From Candidatus Latescibacterota bacterium (GTDB lineage: Bacteria > Latescibacterota > UBA2968 > UBA8231), in NCBI GenBank assembly GCA_965204725.1, contig OZ242005.1, forward strand, positions 3,648,001 through 3,712,000: a DNA stretch of 64,000 bases, given 5' to 3'. How positions within the stretch are numbered: position 1 is the stretch's first letter; each line of letters opens with the position of its first letter. This document shows, piece by piece, positions 19,643 through 32,327 of the stretch. A model generated the notes under the pieces. That model did no database searches. It had not been told where the DNA came from and was given only the letters and a program-made list of their open reading frames with translations. A program made the position numbers and the translations under genes.

Positions 19643-20682
19643 TCAAGCGGCAGTTCCACCCGCCGCCCCTCTGCCATGCTGATCTGCACGGCCTCGGTAA
19701 ACTCCATGTATTTGACGCCGTCGGCAAAGCTAGTGTGCGTCACGGGGCGGCCGTCGCGGATGGCGGCGACAAAATCCTCTTCCACCTGCCAACCATTGCG
19801 CGGATGCTCGGGGATGGCGAAGGGCTGGTACTCGTCGTCGCCCTCGCCAGCTATCCATATCCCGCCGGGCGTCTGCGGCGTACCCGCGTCCATCTTAAAC
19901 GAGCCTTTGGTCCCGTAAAAGGCAAAGCTAAAGGAAGGGCCTAAGCGTGCGACGCTGCTCAGGTGATAGACCGCGGTCGCCCCGCTTCCCATCTCGGCGA
20001 CGATGCCCAAGCTCTCCGGCACATCGGCCGGTGCGCTCTTGCCCGTCTCCTCGTCGAGCCGCTCGGTCGTAAACGTCTTGCCATGAGCAATCACGGCCTT
20101 TTCGTGCCCGGCATAGCGTCGCACCGTCTCGTTGCCAATGCCCATGACCATGATGTTGTTGCCCGACAAATCGCGGCGTTGCCGCCAGTGCAGCGGCGCG
20201 TCTGGATCGTAGCCGCCGGAAAGGCCGGTGAAGTGAATTTCCAACAGGTCGCCAAAAAAACCGCTGTGCAGCTTGTCGAGCAAGAGCGGCTCGGCCGACA
20301 AGTAGAAGGGTGCCGGCACAATCATGGCCACCTGATCGGTTTGCTGCGAGGCCGCGTACATCTGCCGCGCTTCGGCCAGATTCATGCACATCCGCGCCTC
20401 GGTCAGCACGTGCTTGCCCGCCTCAAGCCCGGCCAGCGTCATCGGACAGTGCATATAAGGCCAAGTGCCGATGCATATCGCATCGACAGCGTCGCTTTCG
20501 ATTAGCATCCGCCAGTCCGCAAAGACTTGGGGGATCCCGTACTCGTCGGCGATCCGTTGGCCCGATTCGCGGGAACGGTTGCAAACGGCGGTTATCTCGA
20601 CTCCGTCAATACCTTGAAAACCGGGAATGTGCTGCAAGCGGGTATTGGCCCCCGCGCCTATGAGTCCTATGCGAAGCGTCAC
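19639..20682 (-). CDS. Gfo/Idh/MocA oxidoreductase
   Basis: GLIGAG, AGKHVLTEAR. Confidence 0.92.
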   Translation of the reverse strand: MTLRIGLIGAGANTRLQHIPGFQGIDGVEITAVCNRSRESGQRIADEYGIPQVFADWRMLIESDAVDAICIGTWPYMHCPMTLAGLEAGKHVLTEARMCMNLAEARQMYAASQQTDQVAMIVPAPFYLSAEPLLLDKLHSGFFGDLLEIHFTGLSGGYDPDAPLHWRQRRDLSGNNIMVMGIGNETVRRYAGHEKAVIAHGKTFTTERLDEETGKSAPADVPESLGIVAEMGSGATAVYHLSSVARLGPSFSFAFYGTKGSFKMDAGTPQTPGGIWIAGEGDDEYQPFAIPEHPRNGWQVEEDFVAAIRDGRPVTHTSFADGVKYMEFTEAVQISMAEGRRVELPLD

Positions 20683-20830
20683 AGCCGTTTCCTCCTGTTA
20701 ATTTTAAGCGGCTTTTAGCAAGTTTGATTCCTCTGCGAAAATATAGCCGGAGGCCACAGGAGGAGCAAGCAGGCTTGGGCCTCTGCACGCAGATAAAAAA
20801 ACCCTCTGACGCGCCGCCATCCGGCCCTGA

Positions 20831-22291
20831 TCAACGCCATTCATAGAGCGATCTACGCGCTAGCCGATACTCATCGGCCGGCCGGTCAATGGCCGTCGCT
20901 CCGCCCGAGGCCACCTCAATCAGGCGAGGGCACACCGGCTCGTACGCGGCCCTCGGCGCCACCGCGCCCTTGGCGACCAAAATGCGCTGCTGCTCGGGCT
21001 GGATTCCGGCACAGGTAATCTGGTGGATGCTGTTGGGACAGGTGCGCTCGCTGTTGAGCAAGAGCAGCCCTTTGCTCCCGTCCTGTTCAACTTGCACAAC
21101 CGCGGTCGGCCCTTGGTCGAAATAACGGCCCCCACCGTGCCGACGCGCCCGCTCTTCAAACGACCCATCGTGCAGCGTCCGCACCCGGCCGGCAATGTCC
21201 ACGGTCGGCCCGTGCATGTCGTCGGTCTTGCCGCCCACGCGGAGTTGGACCGGCCCGCCGATGCCGGCCGCAAAGCACACCTGCGCGCTTTCCGCGTCCC
21301 AAATCGATACGACCCAGCCGTCCGCTCCTTGCGCGAGCAATTGCTCCAACACAAACGTCGAGTCCCCAGACGACCCGCCGCCGATGTTGTCGCCCATGTC
21401 GAGCAGGCACACGGGCCTCTCCTCGCTCTCCAAAGCCAACCGCACGGCCTCGGCCGGGCCGGGCACTGCGGCCTTTAACTGGTCGCGGCTGGCCCATAGC
21501 TGCTCGCCCAACCGCTCGGCTTCGCGCTCGGCCCTTGCTTGGTCACCGTCGGCAATCACCACAATCGCCGGTCCCATATAGGGCACGTCCGCATACTGGT
21601 ATCCAGCAGCGATACTACACCCGAGAATCCCCGCTTGCGACTCCAACTCAAGCGCCGCCTGCATCAGCGGCTGCATGGGCGCGACGCTCGTGTTGTGGAA
21701 GTAGATATTGCAGAGCACCTCTGGTTTGACCAACGCCATCTTGGGCTGGACCTCGCCGCGAATCTGCCGAGTCAGAATGGACGCCGCCTGCAAGCCGCGT
21801 TCCCGCTGGTCAATATGGGGGTTGGTTTTGTAGATAATCAGGGAATCGGCCGCAGCTACGAGTGCTGGGGGCACGTTGGCGTGGTAGTCGTGGGTCACGG
21901 CGATGGGCAAGTCGCCCACTAGCGCACGTACCCGGCGCACGGTCTCGCCGTCGGCTTGGGGGAATCCTTCGGCCACCATGGCCCCGTGCAGGGCCAACAG
22001 CACCCCGTCGAGTGGGGGCGCGGCCTCAAGCCCGCTGAGAATGCGCCCGACAAAGTGTTCGTACGTGGCCGCGGTCACCGGGCCGCCCGGAGTCGCCGTA
22101 GCCGCTAGCAGCGGATGCAGCTCATAGCCGAACTCCTCGGCCCCGGCGATACAGCCAGCCATCTCGTGAAAGGTTCCCGCGTACTGGTCAATTAGGCCCG
22201 CGCCCTCGCAGACTCCGAAATCCTCCAACTGCGTCGGCTGCGAATAGAACGAATTCGACTCGTGGGAAAAACCCGCTATTCCAATCCTCAT
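20831..22291 (-). CDS. M81-family metallopeptidase (MlrC-like)
   Basis: HESNSF, LHGAM, DYHAN, PHID, DNIGGG. Confidence 0.92.
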   Translation of the reverse strand: MRIGIAGFSHESNSFYSQPTQLEDFGVCEGAGLIDQYAGTFHEMAGCIAGAEEFGYELHPLLAATATPGGPVTAATYEHFVGRILSGLEAAPPLDGVLLALHGAMVAEGFPQADGETVRRVRALVGDLPIAVTHDYHANVPPALVAAADSLIIYKTNPHIDQRERGLQAASILTRQIRGEVQPKMALVKPEVLCNIYFHNTSVAPMQPLMQAALELESQAGILGCSIAAGYQYADVPYMGPAIVVIADGDQARAEREAERLGEQLWASRDQLKAAVPGPAEAVRLALESEERPVCLLDMGDNIGGGSSGDSTFVLEQLLAQGADGWVVSIWDAESAQVCFAAGIGGPVQLRVGGKTDDMHGPTVDIAGRVRTLHDGSFEERARRHGGGRYFDQGPTAVVQVEQDGSKGLLLLNSERTCPNSIHQITCAGIQPEQQRILVAKGAVAPRAAYEPVCPRLIEVASGGATAIDRPADEYRLARRSLYEWR

Positions 22292-22371
22292 TCTGTACCA
22301 CCTTTCTAGCGAACAGGTCGCTTTAGTGCCTCGCTTGCCGTAGAATATAGTGCTATCTTGCCCAAACGATT

Positions 22372-23442
22372 ATGAACCGCTGGCAAAACATATTCACCTA
22401 TAAAAAGACCAAGCGTCTGACGCAAATGGTTGCTTGCGGCGGCTGAGCCTCCAAGCTGCGCCCCAGCGAGTTGGGGCGTGCGCTGGCAGGCTTGCCGGCG
22501 ACCCGCGATCCCAATCTGCTCGTCGGCTTCAACCAATTCGACGACGCCGGCGTCTATCGCCTCAACGAGCGCGAGGCCCTCGTGCAGACCGTCGATTTCT
22601 TTACCCCCATCATCGACGACCCCTATACCTTTGGGGCCATTGCCGCGGCCAACGCGCTCAGCGACGTGTACGCCATGGGCGGGCAACCCCTCACCGCACT
22701 CAATATCGCCTGTTTCCCCGCCAACGAGCTCGAGCCGGAGGTACTCAACCAAATCCTCCTCGGCGGCCAATCCAAGGTCAGCGAAGCCGGCGGCACCCTC
22801 GTCGGCGGCCACACCGTGCAAGACCCAGAGCTCAAGTACGGCCTCGCCGTCACCGGCCTCATCCGCCTCGACCGCATCTATACCAACGCCGGCGCCCAGC
22901 CCGGCGACCGCCTTATCCTCAGCAAGAAGCTGGGCACTGGCCTCATCGCCAACGCCTTTAAGGCCGGGCACCTCGCCGAAGCCGACCTCGCCGAAGCCGT
23001 GGAATCCATGCTCGCGCTCAACAAGGCCGCCGCCGAAACCCTACCCGACTTCGCCGTCCACGCCTGCACCGACGTCACTGGCTTCGGTCTCTTGGGGCAC
23101 GCCGCGGAAATGGCCGAGGGCAGCCAAGTGGGCATGACTTTTTACGCGGCCCGCGTTCCGGCCCTAGCGCACAGCCTAGCACTGGCCGCTAAGGGCCTCC
23201 AAGGCGGCTCCCGCGACAACCAGCGTTTCTGGGAATCCAAAGTAACCGTCGCCGCCGGCGTCGATCCGGCCCGCGCCAACCTCCTCTTCGACGCCCAGAC
23301 CTCCGGCGGCCTGCTCATCGCCGTAGCCGCGGCTGAGGCTGAGGCCCTCCTCAACGCCCTTCGGCAAAACGGAGTGGAGGCCGCCGCGCTCGTCGGCGAG
23401 GTGACCGCGGAAAATCTCGGCCGCATCTTCGTCGAGCCGTGA
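22372..23442 (+). CDS. selD: Selenide,water dikinase; itself a selenoprotein (Sec UGA at 22444-22446)
   Basis: KRLTQMVACGG-UGA-ASKL in frame with DDAGVY, TVDFFTP, NALSDVYAMGG, DVTGFGLLGH, DAQTSGGLL. Confidence 0.95.
22458..22479 (+). promoter_or_regulatory. Putative bacterial SECIS hairpin in selD
   Basis: GCGCCCCAG-CGAG-TTGGGGCGT stem-loop, loop about 20 nt after the UGA. Confidence 0.7.
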
Positions 23443-25737
<2,295 letters not shown>

Positions 25738-25768
25738 TCTCACAAGTACGCGTTTTCTTGACGTTGTG

Positions 25769-25820
25769 TCCGGGATCGAGGGCGTCCCGCCCTCGACGAG
25801 GGCAAGATGCCCTCGATCCT
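25769..25820. repeat. REP-like element class 2 (GAGGGCATCTTGCCCTC...GAGGGCGGGACGCCCTC), reverse orientation
   Basis: Same element at 32227-32273 and 51533-51583. Confidence 0.8.
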
Positions 25821-25822
25821 GA

Positions 25823-25896
25823 GAGGCTGTCTGAAAACTCACCTTGGGTCGTGTTGAACAAGCCGATCCGTCATTCCCGCGAACGCGGGAATCCAG
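25823..25896. mobile_element. MITE copy (left half)
   Basis: GAGGCTGTCTGAAAAC end plus caccttgggtcgtgttgaacaagccg and REP, as at 42105. Confidence 0.7.
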
Positions 25897-25996
25897 TCTT
25901 GAATGATGTAGGATTGCTATATCGCTCTGGAACGCTGTTGGGGGAGTATTGAGCATCCCCCAGCAGTCTCCACGTACTCCGCCGCATAGACCCACT

Positions 25997-27085
25997 ATGT
26001 CCCATCGCCCTCGCATCCTCTTCCTCGCCCGCCGCTACCCGCCCACCATCGGCGGCATCCAGACCCACTGCCACGCGCTCTATACTCGGCTGGTCCACCA
26101 CGCCCAAGTCCGCCTCGTCGCCTTGGGCCGCCAGTCGCTTTTGCACCTCGCTTGGTTCCTCCCCTATTGTTTTGTGGTCGCCTTTGGGGCCGTGCTCTTC
26201 CGCCGCGTCGATGCCGTGTACTTTGCCGACGGCGTCGCCGCAGCATTGGCACCCCTCCTGCGCCCCTTGGGGCCGGCGCGCTTCGTCACCACCGTCTATG
26301 GCCTCGAAATGACCTATAAAAATCCCCTCGCCCGCGCGCTGATGCACCGGGGAGTCCGCGCCTGCGACAAGGTCGTCGTCATCAGCGAACACAGCCGCCG
26401 CATTACCGCGGCGAGCGGCGTACCCGAGGCCAAGCTGGAGACCATCTATCTAGGGGTGGAGCCGCCGGAGTTAGCACCAGACGAGTTGGCCGCGGTCCGA
26501 GCGCGCTTTGAGGAGGAACACGGGCTGCGCTTTGGCCAAGACCGCGTCGTCCTGCTTTTTGGCCGCCAAGTCCCCCGCAAGGGCATGGTCGAGTTTTTGG
26601 CAAAGGGGATGCCCCTGCTCAGCGCGGATATTCGCCTCTTGATCGGCGGGCCTTCTGGCAGCGAAACCACGCGCTTGGAGGAGTGCTGTCAGTCGGGCCT
26701 AAAGGACCGCGTCGTCCTCCTCGGGCCGGTCCCCGACGATGTGTTGGCCATGTTGCGCGCCAGTTGCGACCTTTTCCTCATGCCCAACATCCACCTACCC
26801 GACGATGTCGAAGGCTTCGGCCAGACCCAACTCGAATGTATGTACGCCGGCACCCCGGCTGTGGCCTTTGCCGTCGATGCCCTGACCGAGAGCGTACGCG
26901 AGGGTGGATTCCTCGTCACCCCCGAGGACTACCCGGGCTTCGTCGAGCAGATCCATCGCTTCTTCGCGCTCGGCCCGGCTGAGCGCACTGCGCTAGGCCG
27001 CCAGTGCCGCGCTTACGTCCAGCGCGAATACTCCCCCCAAAAAATCGCCGCCCAGTACCTAGACCTTTTTACTGAAAGGGCCTAA
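25997..27085 (+). CDS. Glycosyltransferase family 4 (PimB-like)
   Basis: YPPTIGGIQ, PRKG, VEGFGQTQLE. Confidence 0.9.
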   Translation: MSHRPRILFLARRYPPTIGGIQTHCHALYTRLVHHAQVRLVALGRQSLLHLAWFLPYCFVVAFGAVLFRRVDAVYFADGVAAALAPLLRPLGPARFVTTVYGLEMTYKNPLARALMHRGVRACDKVVVISEHSRRITAASGVPEAKLETIYLGVEPPELAPDELAAVRARFEEEHGLRFGQDRVVLLFGRQVPRKGMVEFLAKGMPLLSADIRLLIGGPSGSETTRLEECCQSGLKDRVVLLGPVPDDVLAMLRASCDLFLMPNIHLPDDVEGFGQTQLECMYAGTPAVAFAVDALTESVREGGFLVTPEDYPGFVEQIHRFFALGPAERTALGRQCRAYVQREYSPQKIAAQYLDLFTERA

Positions 27086-27090
27086 CCGCC

Positions 27091-28140
27091 ATGCACTTTA
27101 CCGAACTCGACACCCCTGCCCTCTGCGTTGATCTCGACGTACTAGAAAAAAACATCCGCGACTTGCAACGCGCCTGCGACCAACTCGAAATTGGCCTGCG
27201 CGTCCACACCAAGACCCACAAGACGCCGGCCATTGCGCGTCGGCAAATCGCCGCGGGGGCCATTGGCATTGTCAGCCAGAAGCTCGGGGAGGCCGAGGCC
27301 ATGGCCGACGGGGGCATCCAAGACATCCTCATTCCCTACAACATCGTCGGCCGGCCCAAGCTAGCCCGCCTGACGCGCCTGATCCAGAGCGGCAAGAGCA
27401 CCCTGACGGTCGCGGCCGACTCTGCGGTCACCGTTGACGGGCTGTCGCAGGCCGCCATGGCCGCCGGGTGCCGCATCCGCGCAATCGTCGAGATGGATAC
27501 GGGCGGCGGCCGCGTCGGCACCCAATCGCCCGCCGACACCCTCGCGCTAGCCCAGCACATCGACCAGTTGCCGGGGCTGGACTTTACCGGCGTTATGACC
27601 TATCCGAGCAGCGAGCGCGCTCGCCCCTTCCTCGACGAAGTGCGCGACCTAACGCAAAAAAGCGGCCTGCCTTTGCACATCATCAGCGGCGGCGGCACGG
27701 GCAGCGAAGCCATCTCCAAATCCCTCGGCTGCACTGAGACCCGCATCGGCTCGTATGCCTATGAGGGCATGACCCGCGTGGGCCAGCGCGCAGACCTCAA
27801 TCCGGCCCGCTGTCCGTTGCGCTTGGTCGTCGCCGTGGTCAGCACCTCTCGCCCGGGGCAAGCCATCGTCGATGCCGGCCAGAAGGCCTTCACCAGCTAT
27901 CCGCCGACTCCCTACGGCTATTGCATTGAGCAGCCTGAGCTTTTTATCAAAGGCATGTCCGTCGAGCACGGCCACATCGATACCACTTCCGCAAATCGTC
28001 CCATCAAAGTAGGCGACATCCTCTCTTTCATCCCCTTGCACGGCGGCATGACCACCAACCTCCACGACCACCTCTTCGCCCTCCGCAACGGCGAGGTCGT
28101 CGAAGAATGGGAAGTCGCCGGGCGGGGCCGAGGCCAGTAG
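27091..28140 (+). CDS. PLP fold-III enzyme, D-threonine aldolase/DSD1 family
   Basis: DTPAL, HTKTHK, SGGGT, DAGQK, SVEHG. Confidence 0.88.
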   Translation: MHFTELDTPALCVDLDVLEKNIRDLQRACDQLEIGLRVHTKTHKTPAIARRQIAAGAIGIVSQKLGEAEAMADGGIQDILIPYNIVGRPKLARLTRLIQSGKSTLTVAADSAVTVDGLSQAAMAAGCRIRAIVEMDTGGGRVGTQSPADTLALAQHIDQLPGLDFTGVMTYPSSERARPFLDEVRDLTQKSGLPLHIISGGGTGSEAISKSLGCTETRIGSYAYEGMTRVGQRADLNPARCPLRLVVAVVSTSRPGQAIVDAGQKAFTSYPPTPYGYCIEQPELFIKGMSVEHGHIDTTSANRPIKVGDILSFIPLHGGMTTNLHDHLFALRNGEVVEEWEVAGRGRGQ

Positions 28141-28189
28141 GGGCCAACTTAGAAACCCGATCCACCCCCCTTTTCACCGGAAGGACGCC

Positions 28190-29062
28190 ATGGAAATCCA
28201 ATCCCGACCGCAGATATTCGACGTCGATGAGCAAAACTTTGAAGAGCTGGTTCTCCAAGGCTCGCTAGAGCGCGTCATCGTCGTCGATTTTTGGGCCCCT
28301 TGGTGCGGCCCTTGCAAGACCTTAGGACCCATCCTCGAAGACGTCGTCACAGCACTCGGCCCCGGCGTGGCCCTAGCCAAGATCAATGTCGATGAAAACC
28401 AGCAGCTCGCCATGGCCTTTCGGGTCCAAGGCATCCCCGCGGTCAAAATCGTTAAAGACGGCCAACTCGCCCAAGAGTTTACCGGGGCACTGCCCAAGGA
28501 GCAGATCGAGGCCATTCTCCGGCCCTTGGTCCCCGACGCCGCCATCCCCGAAGCCCAAGCACTGGACCCAGCCGACGACCTAGCGGCCCTCGGCGATCTC
28601 GACGGGGCTACACGCCAGTACGAGAACGTGCTTCAAGAAAATCCAACCGACGGTCCCGCCCTCCTCGGCCTAGCGAAAATTCACCTCAAGCAGGGGTGCT
28701 TTGAAACTGTGCAGGAACTGGTCAATCTCGTCGAGACAAACACCCCCGAATACCCGCAGGCCCAAGCACTCCTCGCCCAGATCGGATTTGCCCACCAATG
28801 CCAGCAGGCTGGGGGCCGCGCCGCCTGCGCCCAGCGAACACTCGGCCAGCCAGACGATCCAGAGGCCCGCCACCTACTCGCCTGTTGCGCGGCCTCCGAG
28901 GGCGACTACGAAGCCGCGTTGCAGGAGTGGCTACACATCGTGGGAAAAAGATCAAACGGCGACCAAGCCAAGGACGCCATGGTCGCCATCTTCCATCTAC
29001 TCGGCCGCGACAACCCACTGGTCGCCTCCTACCAGCGCAAGCTCTACCAAGCTCTGTACTGA
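28190..29062 (+). CDS. cnoX: Thioredoxin-TPR chaperedoxin (CnoX/YbbN-like)
   Basis: WAPWCGPC plus C-terminal TPR ending YQRKLYQALY. Confidence 0.85.
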   Translation: MEIQSRPQIFDVDEQNFEELVLQGSLERVIVVDFWAPWCGPCKTLGPILEDVVTALGPGVALAKINVDENQQLAMAFRVQGIPAVKIVKDGQLAQEFTGALPKEQIEAILRPLVPDAAIPEAQALDPADDLAALGDLDGATRQYENVLQENPTDGPALLGLAKIHLKQGCFETVQELVNLVETNTPEYPQAQALLAQIGFAHQCQQAGGRAACAQRTLGQPDDPEARHLLACCAASEGDYEAALQEWLHIVGKRSNGDQAKDAMVAIFHLLGRDNPLVASYQRKLYQALY

Positions 29063-29071
29063 GTGGCTCGG

Positions 29072-29842
29072 CTAGGCCGGGACCAGCGCCCCTGCACCAA
29101 AGATCATCGGATAGGCTTCGCCCGTGCGCACGGAACGTGCGGCTCCGTCCATGTAGGCGATGCTAAAGGCGCGGCGCGACGGACCCGTCGGGTTGGTTCC
29201 CGAGCGGTGCAGCAGCAGGTTGTTGAGCAAAATCGCCTCGCCCGCCTCGGCTTCGAGGTCGATCTCCGCTCCCGGCGGCGCGCATTCGGCTAGCTGCTCG
29301 GCCGAGGGAAAGTGCCTTTCGGTGATCACGCCGCGCTTGTGGCTGCCGGGCACCACCTGCATACAGCCGTTTGCGACCATCGCCGGATCGAGCGCGGTCC
29401 ACACCGTGATCGTCGGATTGTACCCCACGCCCCAGCCCACCCCCACGTCTTGATGCCAAGGCAGTACCGTGCCCTTTTCCGCCGGCTTGTTCATAAACAT
29501 CGCCCGGAAAATCGACACATCCTCGCCGATATAGCGCCGGGTGATCTGGCGGAAAAGCGGGTGCTGCATGTACGCGAGATAGACCGAATCCTGCTCTAGG
29601 CCCATGATCTTGCGGTACTGAAGCGTGGAACCCTTGTGGCCGGGGGAGACGGTGGGCATCTTCGCGTATTCGGCGTCCTCCCCGTCGAGCTGAAAGTCCA
29701 TCTCCGGGTACGGAATCTCCCCGAGCATGATCGCGTCAATGCGCTGCTGGAGTGCGGCCAGTCCCGCGTCGTCGAGCACCTTGCCGAGCCGCACGTAGCC
29801 GTGCTCTTCAAAGTAGATGTGGTGTTCGTCGCTGTATTTCAT
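29072..29842 (-). CDS. Phytanoyl-CoA dioxygenase family Fe(II)/2OG enzyme
   Basis: WHQD...PGSH...LLHRSG-x-N...RRA. Confidence 0.9.
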   Translation of the reverse strand: MKYSDEHHIYFEEHGYVRLGKVLDDAGLAALQQRIDAIMLGEIPYPEMDFQLDGEDAEYAKMPTVSPGHKGSTLQYRKIMGLEQDSVYLAYMQHPLFRQITRRYIGEDVSIFRAMFMNKPAEKGTVLPWHQDVGVGWGVGYNPTITVWTALDPAMVANGCMQVVPGSHKRGVITERHFPSAEQLAECAPPGAEIDLEAEAGEAILLNNLLLHRSGTNPTGPSRRAFSIAYMDGAARSVRTGEAYPMIFGAGALVPA

Positions 29843-29950
29843 TTGCTACTCCCTTCCGTTTTTCTATGAGATGAGCAATGTTCTCTCTTGTGTCAAATTT
29901 TCCTACCTTTCTACCCGCTCGTCCAGCCCGTCCCAAACGAGGAGTTGACC

Positions 29951-30793
29951 ATGACCACAGACTATAGGCCCTTCCCCGCGTTGACCCCATCCCAACGCCT
30001 GCACCTCGAAATCTATGGCTACGTCGTCCTCGAAAACCTCCTAACCCAAGCCGAAGTCGCCGCGCTTTTGGAGGGTATCTACCGGATTGAGGCCGATTTT
30101 CAGCGCACGGGCCGGCTGCCCGGAGCCAACTGCCATCTTTCCAGCTCGACCCAAGAATTCTTCCGCATCGACAACCTCCCCCATCTGGCTCCGTGTTTCT
30201 ACGACTATTTGACCCATCCTCGAATTTTGGGGATGGCCGAGGAGATCGTCGGCGGCACCGTCCGCCTAGAGCAGTCAGACGCCCATATCCGGCGGCCGGG
30301 CGGGGAGCAAAAGTATGGCTTCCATCGGGGCATTAACCCCGCCTATGCCCACACCGGCCAAGGTCTGTATCACTTCTCCTTTGTCAAGGCCCTCACCAAT
30401 CTTACGGATCTCGGCCCCGACGACGGCGGCACGACCGTCATTCCCGGAACCCATAAAATCCCCCAAGAGGTTGACCAGCAAGCGATCATCAACGCCGCTT
30501 TCGCCGACGCTGAGCTCGTTCACCAAGTCGAAGCACCGGCTGGGTCGACGCTGCTCTTTTACGAGTCCCTGATGCACTCTTCCGGCATCATCCGCTCGCA
30601 ACGAGACCGCGTCCTAATTCTCGGCGGCTACACCCCGACGATGTTCCAAGCGTGGAACGGCTACGATCCCGATCCCGAATTCGTCGCCGGCTTACCGGCC
30701 GAACGGGCGGCCTTGCTCACCGGCGGAGCCAAATACGGCTGGCAACGCAAAACGCGCGACCTAGCCACCCCTGCGGAGACTGCTTCCTCATGA
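29951..30793 (+). CDS. PhyH-family Fe(II)/2OG enzyme with H-R-G in place of H-x-D
   Basis: GFHRG...DLGPDDGGTTVIPGTHK...LMHSSG...R. Confidence 0.85.
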   Translation: MTTDYRPFPALTPSQRLHLEIYGYVVLENLLTQAEVAALLEGIYRIEADFQRTGRLPGANCHLSSSTQEFFRIDNLPHLAPCFYDYLTHPRILGMAEEIVGGTVRLEQSDAHIRRPGGEQKYGFHRGINPAYAHTGQGLYHFSFVKALTNLTDLGPDDGGTTVIPGTHKIPQEVDQQAIINAAFADAELVHQVEAPAGSTLLFYESLMHSSGIIRSQRDRVLILGGYTPTMFQAWNGYDPDPEFVAGLPAERAALLTGGAKYGWQRKTRDLATPAETASS

Positions 30794-32181
30794 ATAAACC
30801 CAACATCGTCTTCATCATCAGCGACGACCAAGGCCCTTGGGCCGCCGGTTGCTATGGCAACGCGGAAATCCGCACTCCGGCCATAGACCGCATCGCCCAG
30901 ACCGGCACGCGCTTTGACAACTTTTTCGTTGCGTCGCCGGTCTGCTCGCCAAGCCGGGCGACCTTTTTGACCGGGCGGATCCCCTCGCAACACGGGGTAC
31001 ACGACTGGATCAGAGAGGGCAACGTCGGCGAGACCGCAGCCGCTTACCTCGCCGGTGAGGTCGCTTATACCGATATCCTCGCTGCAAACGGCTGGGTCTG
31101 CGGCCTAAGCGGCAAGTGGCACTTAGGGCACAGCCAACGCGCCCAGCACGGCTTCGCGCATTGGTACGTGCATCAGCAGGGCGGCGGGCCATACAACGAC
31201 GCGCCCATGATCCGCAACGGCGAGCGGGTCACCGAGCGAGGCTACGTGACGACGGCGATCACCAACGACGCGCTGGCATTTATCGACCGGCACGCCGATG
31301 GCGACGCGCCCTTTTACCTAGGCGTCCACTACACTGCGCCGCACAGTCCGTGGACTGGCCACCCGCAAGAAATCGTCGATTCCTACGACAACTGCGCGTT
31401 CGACTCCTGTCCGCAGGAGGAGATCCACCCTTGGGCCGTGGGGAACCCGCTGAGCGAGCACTGCTTGGGCAACCGCGAGATGCTCAAGGGCTACTTCGCG
31501 GCGGTGACCGCGATGGACCGCGACATCGGGCGGATCATCGACAAGCTGGAGGAACGGGGGCTGCGCGAGGACACGCTAGTAATCTTCACCAGCGACAATG
31601 GCTTTAGCTGCGGCCACCACGGTTTCTGGGGCAAGGGCAATGGGACCTATCCGCCGAACATGTACGAAAATTCGATCAAGGTGCCCTTCGTCGTCAGCCA
31701 CCCCGGGCGCATACCTGCGGGAAGCGTCCAAGAGGGCATGGTCAGTGCCTATGATTTCATGCCGACCTTGCTCGATTATCTAGCCTTGCCGCTACCGGCA
31801 AACCTCGACGTACCCGGACAGAGCGTTCTGCCGCTGTTGTTGGGAGCGGGCGACCCCGGCCGGCCGGAGGTCGTGATCTACGACGAGTACGGGGCGACGC
31901 GGATGATGCGCACCGACGAGTGGAAGTACGTCCACCGCTATCCCGCTGGGCCACACGAGCTCTACGACCTAGCCAACGACCCGGGCGAGCGCACCAATTT
32001 GGCGGACGATCCCAGCCAAGCCGAGCGGATTGGCGAGCTGAAGCAACGACTGGAGGCGTGGTACGAACGCTACGTAGTGCCCGAGCGCGACGGCCGCAAC
32101 TATGCGGTGACCGGCAAGGGGCAACTCAGGCCGGTGGGGAACTCCGCGACCAGCAAGCACCAACCTTTCGCGCAGGAGTAG
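30790..32181 (+). CDS. Sulfatase (formylglycine-dependent)
   Basis: SDDQG, CSPSRA (CxPxR), GKWHLG, SDNG. Confidence 0.94.
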   Translation: MNKPNIVFIISDDQGPWAAGCYGNAEIRTPAIDRIAQTGTRFDNFFVASPVCSPSRATFLTGRIPSQHGVHDWIREGNVGETAAAYLAGEVAYTDILAANGWVCGLSGKWHLGHSQRAQHGFAHWYVHQQGGGPYNDAPMIRNGERVTERGYVTTAITNDALAFIDRHADGDAPFYLGVHYTAPHSPWTGHPQEIVDSYDNCAFDSCPQEEIHPWAVGNPLSEHCLGNREMLKGYFAAVTAMDRDIGRIIDKLEERGLREDTLVIFTSDNGFSCGHHGFWGKGNGTYPPNMYENSIKVPFVVSHPGRIPAGSVQEGMVSAYDFMPTLLDYLALPLPANLDVPGQSVLPLLLGAGDPGRPEVVIYDEYGATRMMRTDEWKYVHRYPAGPHELYDLANDPGERTNLADDPSQAERIGELKQRLEAWYERYVVPERDGRNYAVTGKGQLRPVGNSATSKHQPFAQE

Positions 32182-32226
32182 CTGGCGGCCTTATTACACG
32201 ACACTAGCCTCCAACTTTCTCAGGAG

Positions 32227-32273
32227 CGAGGGCATCTTGCCCTCGTCGAGGGCGGGACGCCCTCGATCCCGGA
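32227..32273. repeat. REP-like element class 2 preceded by TACACGACACTAG
   Basis: Match to 51533-51583 and its upstream motif. Confidence 0.8.
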
Positions 32274-32327
32274 CGTAGCGGCAACAGCAGAAAAGGCGGA
32301 CCTCGATATGCGCTTGATTTTCAGCAC

